Assembly: GCA_951406725.2 (NCBI GenBank)
Contig: OX597833.1
Coordinates: forward strand, 40,486,001-40,550,000
DNA: 64,000 nt
Source of the DNA: Octopus vulgaris
Lineage: Eukaryota
Direction: 5' to 3'
Numbering within the stretch: the stretch's first letter is position 1; every line of letters starts with the position of its first letter. The translations under genes and the position numbers were made by a program. Below the pieces are notes generated by a model. The model did no database searches and was not told the DNA's origin. It worked only from the letters and a program-made list of their open reading frames with translations. Positions 1 to 14,200 of this stretch are shown here, piece after piece.

Positions 1-245
1 ATGTGTATGCGTGAGTGTATGTGCATGTACACATCTATGTGCGTGTCTGTGTTCGTCTCCCACCACTTCTTGGACAACTGGTGTTGGATTGGTTATGTCC
101 GATAACATAGCGGTTCGGCACAGGGACTGATAGAATAAGCGCTAGACTTCAAAAATAAGTACTGGGATCGATTTGTTCGACTAAACCCTTTAAGGCGGTG
201 CTCCAGCATGATCGTAGTCCAATGACTGAAACAAGTAAAAAAAAT
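1..245 (+). mobile_element. SINE family A, 3' half
   Basis: Matches the family-A tail (gatagaataag...ggcggtgctccagcatg...tgactgaaacaagtaaaa) seen in many copies in the window. Confidence 0.8.
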
Positions 246-1079
246 GACATTTGTTTCTGAATTACTTGAGAGTCATTTGCGATCACCATTAGGCTTTTGT
301 ATTCTTTCTCTAAGAATCAAAATTTCGATTCATTATAAATTATTGTGTACGTCATTCAGTACGCCAGCATCTACCCGAATTATACTAGACTGAACTTGAT
401 ATAGTTAGTGCTCGCGCGCGCGCACGTGTTTGTGTATGTGTGTGTGTGAACACGTGTGAGTTCATATATCGATGTGTATCTAACAGTGCATGTATATTTC
501 ACCGATGCTAGTAATAGCAACTAAATCTCTCTCAAATCACTCTATACTGTCTTAATCAGAGAACGATTCGTTCGTTACTGATATACAAAAAGACGAGATA
601 GTCATGGTTGGATTGCCTTTAACCACAAGTCTGATCAACCAGGGTTAAATCACATTATGACTATTATTTAATATCTGTGCGTACATATAAATAAATAAAT
701 ATATATATGTATATATATCATTATATTTATATCTGCATGTGGTTTACTAACTTATATATACATATATATATATCTCAGTATATACTACACATCTCGTATG
801 TGTTTGTGTGTCTGTTCTACAAGGTGTATAAGCACCGCAAGGTGTGCTGGAGTAAGCAACCAGCGATAGCAGCAGTAACAATCAGCATGAGCGAGAGAAG
901 CAGAAAGGGGAGGAGGGGGAAGACAAGAAGGAGAAGCAACAACAGCAGCCAGAGAGGAGGAGGAGGAGGATATAGTGGTGTTACGATGGTGGTGGAGGTG
1001 GAGGTAGTGGTGGTGTTGGTTGTTGCCGTACCCAGTGAGCTGTTTGTTCGTCCAACCAAACGGTTGGTGCTTTTGCTAG

Positions 1080-1199
1080 ATGATGGCTGCAACCGATCAC
1101 ACCACACCCAGTCGACACGAGAAGAGTCTTGGACTACTCACCACCAAATTTGTATCTTTATTACAGGAAGCCAAAGATGGAGTACTTGATTTGAAAGTG
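1080..1199 (+). CDS. E2F4/5: E2F4/5 coding exon 1 ([40 protein letters not shown])
   Basis: ATG ATG at 1080/1083 directly after an in-frame TAG; E2F DBD N-terminal motif; donor GTGAGT at 1200, phase 0. Confidence 0.93.
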
Positions 1200-4100
1200 G
1201 TGAGTTAACCATTTATATATGTAACACGCATATACACATATGTGTGTGTTTATGAGTGTGTACACTGATGCATTATGTTTAATGATTTTGTGTGTCGATC
1301 TATATGAAAATGTGCGAGGCTGCCTATGTTTGTAGTGTGTGAGTAAGATATATATATATTTATATGTATACACACACATATATATATACACATAACACGC
1401 ACACATATATATATACACAGACACACACACGTATACACACTCATTCATAGAAGTAGGTCATAACTAGTTTGTTCCTGTGACATAAACAGATGGAATAAAA
1501 CAAATATACGTCAAAGAAAAACTATAAATTTGAAAAAAGTAACCGAAAAATTATGAAAAACAACAAATAAAACTTGTTTCGATTCTTGCGAATAACGGTG
1601 ATCCATTTCAAATTGTCCTCTGTTTGAATTATTTCCGACTGTTAACGACAGGTTCCCGTTTAATTTTTCGAATAATTTAAATTCAAATAAACACTTTTTC
1701 AGCAGGTATTTCCTTGCACAATGAACTCTGTACACATTTTATAGTCTCGATATAAATACAAATATAATTTGCAGTTTGTTTTTCTTCAGTGTTTCCATGT
1801 TTTATCTATTTGTTTTGTTTACTAATAGTATTAGTAGCAGTTAAGGTTTTGTTCAACTCCTTGAGATCACCAGTAAACCACTACAAAAACGAAAATAGAA
1901 ATTTATGTTCACTTAAAAAAACTATAAAGGACACCCTAATGTTATTGTCTTAGTCCTAGATGATCCCTGATTAAGGGAATTCCATCCGTGGCCTTCTTGC
2001 CTTTTTAGGATCTCTAAGACTATATTATGTTTCGGCGATCTTTTCCTGTTTTAAAAACAGTAGAATTTGATGTATATTTAGCAGGTATTTCTAGCAGGTG
2101 GAATGACCGCTTAAAGGTTCCCTCATTGGCTCCAAGGTACCCTCAAGATGTCGTTGTATATCAGACTCCAAGTCACATCTCTGATAAAAAGACTTCCCCT
2201 CCATAGCCATCCCATCTAAGTGTATCTCTAATTACATGCCTTTCACTTTCTTTTTCCAGAGAGTAAGATGTGATTAAGGGATGCTACTTCTAGAAGGTCG
2301 AGCTGCGATACAGGCTCCCCGTTGAGTCGTCGTCTATCCTTATGTAGATGAAAGTGGCAGGTGTTTGACAAAAGGTTTTTAGATAAAGCATGGGAATAGC
2401 AATACATTTTGGAAGAGTTCTCAGCAACCATACGGGATTTGTGAAATGTCCTCGCATCCATCCCAAGGATGCGGAAATTGCACTTTAGCTAGTCTATTTT
2501 GTATACTTTATTTCTTTCCTGATGTCTCTGTAAAATAGATACCAGTGAGATACTCAGTCAATTTAAAAGGTTACTTTCTTTAACAAGAAATCTTCAATTA
2601 AAGCGGCGTCAGTTAAAGAAGCCCAGCAATGATGAAGAATGTATAAAAAACTTCGCTACTCTAGATGACTGAAACGAATACGTAAACTCTTAAAAATCGG
2701 TTGTTTATTATTTATTATTTAATTTTCACAAATTAAATAATAAATAATAAACAACCGATTTTTAAGAGTTAATGCTAGCTTCACAGCTAGCATTACTAAA
2801 AAGTAAACAAAAATTCTGTTATTTATTTGTAAAAGAAAATTATGAATGGAGTTATAAGCCTGGCTCGATAAAATTTAAATAAATATATTTGCACTATATT
2901 GTAGTGACTTAGTCAAGATAAATTTCGAAAAGATGCGATTTCTTGTCTGTTTTATTTAATCAATAATAAGTAAAAAGCCTAATAAAGTTTGTACTTTCAC
3001 CGTTATTGTTAGTGCCCTATTAATTGACGCCGCTTTAAGTAAAGATTACCTTGACCTTGTATTTTGATTTTTGTAATGGTAGTGATAATTTCCACTTTAT
3101 TATTTGGACACAAAATCACACATTTTAGTGTTGCCCATAATTTATTGACCCCGGAAACGTACTAGGCAAAGTTGACCCAAGTGGGAACTGAACTTAGAAC
3201 GTAAAAAAAAAAGAAACTAAATTCTGCAAAGCATTTAATTATTGTCTTCTGATTTTAATTAAATTAGTTTCTCTGTTCTTTCCAATAGTTGTTTGATAAG
3301 CGTACAATTTTTGTTATAGTCTTTATTATACACAGGTTGGTCCCAAAGCACTTTTACTATTGGGAAACTTGAATTTTGTAGCAATGTTTTCTACTCCTTT
3401 CGGTCTTAGTCTTTCTTCATATCTCTGAGGATTTCATAATAATTCATATCTCAAGATCATCGAACAAGCCTCTTCTTGGTTGCCTTCACTGTTTACCTTC
3501 CATTTTTCTCCAAACGTGCTTATTTTTGCAGACGATTCTGTCATCCTTCTGATGTGAGAGAACCACTGCAGTGTTTTCCATTTTTCAGTTTCTATAAGTT
3601 TTCTCTCCCTAACCATCACATTAAATTGTTCCAAGTTTGACTGGTTGTACCAGTAACCCTACAATGTAATACCAAGAATTCTGTAAAAACATCTCGTTTC
3701 GAATGCTGGTAATTTCATCTCAATGTTTTTATCTACGTCCATATCTCACATCCATAAAATACGAATGCAGTCATCATAGATCGTATTCGTCTTAGTTTGT
3801 TACTCATTACAATGTTCTTACTGCTTAAATATTGTTTATTTCCATTGCTAATTCTGTTGTGGCTATTGCAGTTTGTGTCTTTATCTCGATTTTGCATGAA
3901 TGCATCCCCTGATTCTGACTGAATGTCATTGATTTTAACTGCATCCATGCTGGTACCATTGTTCTGTGTTGTTCTCCTGTCACAATGACCTGGTTTTTTT
4001 TCACAATTGATTTCCTTGTCTTATCTTACGTCTCTTTGCGACATCAGATAATTTGTCTAGCAATATCAGCAAATTGTCATCATTCTTCCATCAGTCTACT

Positions 4101-7100
4101 GTGCCCTCCTATATAGTGCATCTGTCATAATTTATTTAGGTAAATTGAAAAGCTTTTTAAGCCCTTTGGGGCAGCTCCGTCTTACACCATTGCTTGTTTA
4201 ACTCTTACATTGTTTCAATGTTGTTTAGAACTGCACAAATACTTTCCTCATATAGCTTTTACAGTTTTCTGATTAGATGCATTGGGATATTGTATTTATT
4301 TATGATACACCTCAACGCTTCTCTTCTTAACTTATCAAAAGTTGTTTGGAAGTCAACAAATGTATGGTATAATTACTTTTGATGGTTTCTGTATTCTTTA
4401 GCATGTTCTCATGTTTTGCACTACTGCAGCTGTCTTAGAACCTTACTGCTGGTAACCAGGTAATTCAGTGCTAGCTACGTGCTCATGGTCGAGTGGTTAG
4501 CAACTTAACTAATCCCCTACTAGTCTTTCCCTACTGAGCAGGATCTGTTAGCATTTGGCAAGATTGGACTACTACCACTCAGAAAAAAAAGGCCTGTGAA
4601 AGGTTAATGAGTTTTACTTGAGCTAGTGGCTATAATAACCCGAGGAGGAGCCATAGAAATACCAACTTCTTGGAAACTCTTGAATTAAATACTGTGTAGC
4701 ACCTTGGGCAAGTATTTTCTACTGTAGTCTCTGTTCAACCAATGCCTTGCAAGTGAATTTGATAGATGGAAACAGTGGTTTTCTATAGTAAGAAAGATAA
4801 GGGGTTTCAAGAAAAAGTTGATGAAGCGTGCAGTTCTGGTCACATTTAAATACAATAGCAGAATTGTGCTGTTAGAGAGATGGTGGGTAGTGGTGATGTC
4901 TTTAGTGAATTGGGCAGTCAAGGTATGGTTTTTGTATGTCAGAGGCAGTTGTGCATTTGCGCGCACACACACATTGTGCTTCCAGAATCTCAATTTTGCT
5001 GAGGTGAGTGTATCTTCTTGAGAACTGCATATTGCCAGTTATATCAGTCCTTTGTCTTCTGCATGAGGTTTACCACTTTGTCCTATACCTTCCTGGGTTT
5101 CTCCACTTCCGTGGGTCCCATCCACATTAAGTGATAGGCACTTTGTAGTGCAACTGTCCGCATCCATACATATCACTTGTCCATACCTTTGTAGTCTTCT
5201 TTCTTGCATGTCATTGGATTCCTCTCATGTCTCCTGCCCAGTTTTTCTCTCAACAGATTTGCACTTTGTTGTTCAGGCCCAATTACACTGCGCATCCAAT
5301 GGAGCATGCTAGCTTCATTTCTCTGCAGCTCTTTTTCATGTTTTGTGTATTTAAGACCCATATCTCACCACCCTGCAGCATCGCAGTTCTAAATCCAAGC
5401 ATCATACAATCTACTTTTCACTTTAAGGGAAAATACTTGTTGCCATCACCAGTAGAAGCTTCCTGAATTTTTCTCAACTGATTCTTACCCTGGTTACTGT
5501 ACTTTTTGTTAAGTACCTCTCCTGCTAATTACATCTAGGTAACAAAAGCTACTTCTAGTGAGCCAACTGGGCATATAAGAGAATCTGTTTCTGCTGTACT
5601 CATAGTACATATTGCTCCCAGTGCATCAGTCATAGATGAAACTTATTTTCTCTTTGTTTGCCTGTGATTCCACTACACCTCTTGTACGTCCATAGCTTAC
5701 TTTGAGTATAGCATATGGTGTTTACACCTACCTCCTTTTATGCATATTGAGGAAGGCCATTTCCTTGAAGATACCAATGTCATGACTTCTTTCTTATTCA
5801 CTCTTTGCTAAGTATACCCTGAGGCCTCTCAATCTTAGGTTTAACTTCTACGTCTGTACTTTCCTCTGTAATTCCCAAATAGATTCAATTATGAGAACTA
5901 GATCATCAGCATACAGGAGTTCTTATGGACAACTAGGCTTGAACTCCTCTGTAATGACCCATAGGACCATCTGTAATGATAAACATGAAATTTTGTCAGC
6001 CCATCCAGGACTCCTGTGTCTCAGCCTACTTTTGCTCTACATAGAATTATTTTACCTTTTTGGAATCAGGGTGATTATGGGATTAAAAATCTGCCCTTCA
6101 CTTCATTCTTGGATATCCAGCATTGGGATGAGGATTTGTTATATGCTAACAGTTGCATCTTTGTATATAGTTTGTACAGTTTTCACAAGCCACTCATCTT
6201 CATGTAGTTTTCTTTGTGACCACCAGATTACTGAAAGGGGATACCCTGTGAAATACCTTTTCTAAGTTTCTCTTGCAGTTCTCTCACTAGGAATATTGCA
6301 TCTGTGGTACCTCTTCTGGGCTCAGGATCAAACTGCATCTCTCCTAGGTCTACTTTGTTACAGATCACTTGTGCTGTGACTCTCTTCATCATCATCATCG
6401 TTTAACGTCCGCTTTCTGTGCTAGCATGGGTTGGACGATTTGACTGAGGGCTGGCGAACCAGATGGCTGCACCAGGCTCCAATCTTGATCTGGCAGAGTT
6501 TCTACAGCTGGATGCCCTTCCTAATACCAATCACTCTGAGAGTGTAGTGGGTGCTTTTACATGTCACTGGCATGAGGGCCAGTCTGGCGATACTGGCAAC
6601 GACCTCACTTGAATCTTTTTACACATGTCACCGGCACAGGTGCCAGTAAGGCGATGCTGGTAATGATCACGCTCGATTGGTGCCTTTCATGTGCCACCGG
6701 CACAGAAACCAGTTAGCCGCTCTGGCAATGATCACACTTGGATGGTGCTCTTAGCACCCTACTAGCATGGGGCACAGGTGCCAGTAAGGCGATGCTGGTA
6801 ATGATCACACTCGAATGGTGCCTTTCATGTGCCACTGGCATGGAAGCCAGTTAGCCGCTCTGTCAACGATCACACTTGTATGGTGCTCTTTGCATCCCGC
6901 TAGCACGGATGCCAATCATCGGATTTGATGTTGATTTCACTTGCCTCAACCACCTTCATAATCTGATTTAGTAGTTTGATTCTTCTTCTGTTTCTTCTCT
7001 CAGAAGTATCCCCATTACCATTTTTGCAGTTTATGATGAATACTATTACGCAGATCATTGGGTATGACATCTTCCTCTGTAACTTATTTAACCGTCTGAG

Positions 7101-7429
7101 TGATAATCATGCGTACCACCTTCAGCAGCTATTTCAAGCATCTCTGCCACTATCTCTGATTGTACTTTAGCTTTCCCTTTCTTCATGCCTTTGATTGATT
7201 TAGCTACCATGCTGCTGTCTACTTGAATTGCTGGGTCCTTTGTAGGGTCACTGTGAGGTGCTAGTGTATATATATATATGTGTGGTTGTGTGTATGTATG
7301 ACATAAGAACTGGAGTTACATCATCACCTTCATTAGCTTACAGTTGTTTCTGCTATAAAGAACTGTGCAGCCAGAGTTGAGTGTCAGTGTGTCATTATAA
7401 CTTCCTGTCTATACGTGTATGTATGTGTG

Positions 7430-7476
<47 letters not shown>

Positions 7477-8027
7477 AAATGAAATAATATAGGTAGAAAT
7501 TGATATTAATCAATTAAAACCAGTGGCTTAGCATATTTTAAAAATCCAAAGATTAAAAATTGTGTTACATACAAAAGTTAGGTAATGGCGATTTGACGTC
7601 TATGTTTAGCATATAGGCGTCCACTTTAGTGGTCAGTCCTCTAAATTATATATATATATATATATATATATTTAGATTCAGATGAATATGGTACTCAAGT
7701 TGAGGCACCAGAATTTAATATGGTAATTATCCATACAATTTAAAATAAGATGATTAAAATTAAAATAAGCAACAGAGGTAATGCAGTACGATCGTTTCAT
7801 GCGACTCGCATGAAACGATCGTACTGCATTGCCTTTGGATAAGTGCTAAGCGGTGAATGCACAAATATAAAGTTATTACCAGTTCAAATATGCTTGAAAC
7901 ATTCGAACTCCTACCCCCCCCCCCAAAAAAAAAACCATTCACTGTATTTTGTTATGGAGAAAAATTCTCACTGTGTAGACTAATAGGTGCAAATGCATCA
8001 AGTCAGATCGAAGCATTCCCTATCCAG

Positions 8028-8072
<45 letters not shown>

Positions 8073-8225
8073 TCTTTCTCTCTCTCTGTGTCTCTGTATA
8101 TGTATATATATATATATATAAGTTCAGCAAAAATTTAGATTCAAATGAATATGGTACTTAATTTAGATGCACCAGAATTTTGTATGGTGTTATCCATAAA
8201 AATCCGTGGGGTGATTATAATCACA

Positions 8226-8260
<35 letters not shown>

Positions 8261-11200
8261 TGTGTGTATGAATAAGGTGAAAAAATTGAGCACCTCTCAA
8301 GGAAAGTCAATGAACTTCGGATGTACAGGGAGAGAGAAAGGAAAGCACACACGCTTTTTAAAAAGTTTTCCCACACGTGTTTTCATGTTGCTGTTTTTGT
8401 GTATCCCACGCAGATTTTTAATGACATTTCCCCTACTTTAGTGAGACACCATTGCTCCCGCTACCATAACTGCTAATGTATGTATATCTCTATGAGCCTA
8501 CATCACGTGGCGCAACTTCAATGACAACAAGAAATAACAACAACGGTACCTCCACGACCACCGCCTTCCCTACTTCCAACCGCCAGCTTCGTCACAATGG
8601 TTGTGTGGTCATGTAACTATTATACTCCACCGTTTTTGCTAATAATACCACTACTTCTTAGATCCTGTACGTGATCAGTCAAATTGCTAAAAGGAGTAGC
8701 CAAATCTCCTTTAAAGTTCACCTTATCGTCTATTTAAAGGGAAGACATAGCATTAGGTTGTCTAAGATTGCCCCAAAGAAACAGGACGGTCATATATGGA
8801 ATGACTTTGATCATAGGCTTACTCAATCAAAGCTGACCTGGTGCTAAACAACAACCACGTTGTTACCGTCTCTCTCACTATCACCATTCATCGTAATCAC
8901 TACCGATCGGTCCAACAAGGGAGTCTGAAAGGAGCGTGTAGGTTCACTACATCATTTAGAAATAGCAGCCAAACCCTCCTTCAAATCATATTCTGCTTCC
9001 TTTGGAAAAAAAGTGATCCTTGGTACATTATGTCTAATAGAGGTGATGGTCACGGTTGGAACAGCTTTAAACGTATGCCTGCAGCATCAGAGCTGACCTG
9101 GGCTAAGCAACCACTGCTCCCATTCACCCCCCAACCATTTCATTGACATTGATTTAAAAAAAACGAGTTCACCGTTGCCAAAAATATGCAGAGAAACAAA
9201 CACAATATCCCCTCCCTTTCTATCTAAGTCACTAATATTTCTAAGTAAACAGATCTTGGTTTGCTTTCATTTGTTGACGAAATATTCACATAGGCACTTA
9301 TGTGTACATGCATGTGGATATGAGCTTATATAGACGTACATATTTATTATATGCGTATACATTGGACGTTCACTCGATATATAATACTACCACGTGGCTT
9401 GTAAATTGAAAAGTTTGAATATTGCCTTTCTTACGGGACACTGTGCATGTGTTTATGTAACGCTTGTGTGCGCGCACGCGTATATACGTCTGTATGTGTG
9501 TGTATATATATTGGTGATGCTAACAGGAAAATTAGAACTCAAAATATGAATAGTCATGACTAGTCGATCTTTACTTTGTGTTTTTGTGTTTTATTTACTT
9601 TGTGTTAAAGATTGGATCTTTTCGGTTTGAACGGCAGTTATTTCTAGCGGTGTCATATGAAATTGTCACCCATAATTATGACCCTAGTATCGATCTATTG
9701 CATTTCTTTCAATCTGTTTTAGGGTTAGGGGTGGGGGAAAGGGTAGCTTTTTTTTCTTTGCAAATGTAAATAAACCCAATCTGTTTCTTAAACGAGGGAC
9801 ATATTCATACGGCACAGAATGTTTTTTTTTACCTCAATAGACGTCAGTGATTGGTTGAAATTGCAGAAATTGAAGAAAAAGAAGACAACAAATATCTTAC
9901 AAACTATAGAATTTTCTCAATAAAGCCAAGAGAAAAAGATGTTTGGCAATCTTTCGTCTCTAGTAGACCTTTCCGTCGATTTCCGTAAAAAATTTTTTTT
10001 CTTTTTACATATGGGCTTGCGGGAACTTTTGAAGTAATGAGAGCGAAAGAGACTAAGAGAAAGCGATTGTATGACGAGGGAAGCTCTTTTGAAGTTACTG
10101 TGCATGTGAAGCATTGATGTACATGTGTGTGTGTGTGTGTGTTTGATGGGGTGTGGGAGACAGACAGTATGTTGTGTAAGTGAAGTGCTTCTGTTAGTGT
10201 GTGTGAAGAGACAGAGTAATGTGTGAAAGAAAGAGATAACTGAAATTTTTTACTCGGTGTATGTGTATATGTATGTATATTACTTCAAAAGTTCCCGCAA
10301 GCCCATATGTAAAAAAAAAAAAAATTTTTACGGAAATCGACGGAAAGGTCTACTAGAGACGAAAAATCGCCAGATGTTTTATAAACACGTTCTACCAGTA
10401 TGCGTAGTTTAAAATTTTTTAGTTACCTAGAAATTATGTTAAAAACTGCCGTTCAAACTGAAAAGATCCAAAATTATTTATTTTGTGTTTTATTTACTTT
10501 GCTTGGCAGTCGTTGTAGGATCGACTAGTCACGACTAGCTAGCGCGGATACGCGAGTGCGTTCAACGGGACCACTGTTCTTTAAGTAGTACCAATATATA
10601 TATTTTTATTAATATTTAGTAAAAGCAATAGAGTGACTCAAGGGCTGTAAGTGTCGTGTGTTGTTACTTATCGAACTTGTATGTGTGTGTGCGTGCCTTA
10701 ACACACACAAGGTGAATGGAAATATAATAAAACTGTCAAATTTAATTATTTAAATATCCTAAATATCAACGAAAAGAAAAGCAAGTTTCTTATTAACTAA
10801 CAATAAATATACACGACTTGTACAAAATGACAATACAATTGATTTAATGCCATTACACGTAATTGGGAAAATATCAATTATCAAAGAAACAAGAACCACA
10901 AACAAGCAATTAAATCAGGCATTTATTGAAGCTTCGTATGGCCTTTTTATCTGACTTTTTATTCCTTGACATTTTCCCTCGACTCAATATATATTTATAT
11001 AAAATCATCATTTGATGCCTGTTTTCTATGCTGGTATGAGTTAGACGGCTTGACCGGAGCTGCACCAGGCTGCAGCCATCTGTTTTGGCTTAGTTTCTAC
11101 GGATGGATGCCCTTCCTAACGGCAATCACTTTACAGAGTCACTGGCACGGGTGCCCTTCTGCGTGTCAACGGCGGAGTTAGCAGATCCTTTTAATACTTT

Positions 11201-14200
11201 GCTAACTCCGTTTTTTTATATTTGTCATGGGTATTTGTGGATCTTCAGATAATTCGATTGGCAGAGTGAAAAATCATCTCCACTTTTCAATTTTGTGATA
11301 GCCTTATACCTGTGGAAGAGCTTTATTAGGACTATATATCGCCATATATATATATGTGACACTTCTGTCCGGCATTTGCCATTATAGATCGGTAGCCACT
11401 ACACATATTTTTTTCTCTCCTTGCTTCTTTCTGTGCTCCTTTCTGTAAAAGAGCGTAGGCTCGAAACGTTAAAGACTTTTCAATTCCCGAGCATTTTATG
11501 TTAATACATCTGTTTGTTTTCTACACCACCTGTCGTCGTCTTTTGTTTTTTTTTTCGTGACCCCCCCCTATACACACACACACACACACACACAAAGTAA
11601 TCCCTCGACTATCGCGGGTATTATTTTCCAAAACGCTCTGCAATTGGTGAAAATCCGCGAAGTGGAAACAGTACTGTATATTTTAAAAAAATATTTTTGT
11701 AATTTGTATATATTTATTTTATTCTAAATGCAAAACAACACCTCACACTCTCCTCCCGAGTTTCGTTTTCCATACAGTGTCTGCGATTCTTTGTTTTCTC
11801 ATCAACGGTACACTACGTATTTTCTATTAATCTATTTTAATTAATGTGTTATACAATGCAGTACTTTACTGTATTTTTATTTATTAATTTTTAGGCGTGA
11901 AAATGTTTTTTTTTTACCACAGATATAATTAAAATCTAAAAAATACAAATACCCATCGACCGCAGAAACCCGCGATATACAGAGGAGTCCGCGATATAAA
12001 TTTACATATATTAGCTGGAAAAATCCGCGATGTACTAAGGGCGCGATAGGTGAACCGCGATATGGCGAGTGATTACTGTATATATATGTCGGGTCATTCC
12101 ACAAGTAATGTCCGGACTTCTATATTTTCAATTTGTAAATGCTTTAACAGTATTTTAGAATGTCCAATGACATCAAGTGATATTACATGTATTTGGACAT
12201 ATTTAAACTAATTAAATTTTATTTTGCAGCATAATCTAATTGAAATTTCACTAATTATAGCTCCTGAAACCTGGAAGTGTCTAAGGAGCATTTGAGGTAC
12301 ATAATGCTTTATGAGTTTAAAAAAGGGAACTCTGTAACTGAAGTGACTCGAAATATTCACTCAGCTTATGGAGAAGAAAGCCAGAATGAAAGACCTTCCA
12401 GAAGAGGGTTTGTAAAATTCAGAAGTGGAGATTTCAGCCTTGAACACGAGGCCCGAATAGGATGTCCAATTGAGTTTGATGACAAGCTCCTTTTGGCAGA
12501 ACTTAAAAAAGATCATGCATCTTCAGTTGAAGAATTGGCAAGCAAGCTTTGTTCAAGCCATACAACTGTTTATTGATAACTTCAACAGTGTGGAAAGGTC
12601 CCAAAACTCGGAAAATGGGTACCTTGTGATTTGTCTGAAACCAACTGCAAATCCCGAGTGGACATCTACTCTTCTTTTCGTTCTTGTGAACTAATCTCGC
12701 CCTTTTTGGACAGACTGTTGACCTGTGAGGAAAAATGGGTCTTTTATCAAAATGTGAAGTGTCGTACCCATTGGCTTAGTAAAGGATAAAAGGCCCAATC
12801 ACAAGCGAAAAGGGAACTCCATGGGAAGAAGGTTCTTCTCTCTGTTTGGTGGGATTGCAAAGGAGTCATCCATTGCTACCAACTAATGCAACAATCAATG
12901 TTCAAATCTATTGTCAGCAAGCAGAGCAATTGAACGCTGCTTTGAAAAAAAAAAAAAGGGCCAGCTTTAGTGAATCGAAAGGGAGTAGTGTTTCATCAGG
13001 GCAATGCAAGACCCCCACACTGCAAAGATCACATCACAGACCTTGCTCCTTCCAATTACCATTTGTTCCATAGTTTACAGAATCATTTGGATGAATTAAC
13101 TCTAGAAACAACTAGAGAAGTCGAAACTGACCTTTCAGAGTGCTACTCTTCGAAACTGAAAAGGTTTTCCATTAATGGGATTAAAAAGCTTACGAGTACA
13201 TGAAAAGACGCCATGGAAACTATATTGATGATTAAGTTTCATTTAAATGTTTTCGTTATTAAAATCCGGACATTACTTATAGGATGACCTGATATATGTT
13301 CAATCGAAGTGGATTGCTATCGTATGTAACACGCAATACAGAATACGAATGTAGAGTTTAACTTTTTCTTTCTCTGTGCGTGTATGTTCATTTTTTTATG
13401 CGCCCTTTTCAAACCTAGCCAGGCTTGGTTTCTGTGGCGTATGTGTTCCCCCTAGCTGGACGGGACGCCAGTCCATCGTAGCGTTACTCAAGAAACAGGA
13501 AGAAAGTGTGGGAGAAAGAGTACAACAGGGGTCGCCACCACCCCCTACCGGAACCTCGTGGAGCTTTAGGTGTTTTCGCTCAGTAAACACACACAACACC
13601 CGGTCTGGGAATCGAAACCGCGATCCTCCGACCGCGAGTCCGCTGCCCTAACCATTGCGCCTCCACGTATGTTCATTGATTTTATCCAAACTATAGATCA
13701 AACATGGCCAACGTCTTTCAAGAAACGGGCCCCTCTGCTAAAAAGAAAAAAGAAAGAAAAAATCTGGGTAATTTTTCGTTAAGTGTGTCATTCAGAAAGC
13801 CAGCGGATTGAAGCTTGCCCATTACTGTTTGTAGATGTTTGTACAGATATGAATGTTTAATCTTCCTCGTTTTTGTGACATTTGTCATTCTATACACGCT
13901 CGGTCACACACATGCATTCACAGAAAAGTAATCCCTAGAGTTGATAACATCAAAGAAAACAGTTTTGACTGTTCTTAATTCGTTACTTACACTTCGACAC
14001 ATCTAACACTTTTGTTATAAATTAATGATTTATGTAAATGTTATGTGAAGGGGCATGGCTCAAGTAGTTAGAGCGTCGGGCTCACAATCATGAGGCAGTG
14101 AGTTCGATTCCCGGACTGAGCTGTGTGTTGCGTTGTGTTCTTGTGCAAGATACTTTACTTCGTGTTGCTCCAGTTTACTTAGCTGTAGAAATGAGTTGCG

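Noticed and set aside
707-1189. 160 aa ORF as a stand-alone protein gene
   Set aside because: It starts in a (TA)n-rich tract, is low complexity, and is out of frame with the real E2F exon it overlaps; kept only as a possible uORF.
6560-6910. CRISPR-like repeated palindromic units (gtgccaccggcac with spacers)
   Set aside because: These are internal tandem repeats of SINE family C; the spacers are themselves repeated, there are no cas genes, and the context is eukaryotic.
13600-13665. tRNA gene
   Set aside because: A/B-box head of a SINE that continues into the SINE body; no complete cloverleaf. The same applies at 14050, 42530 and 49554.
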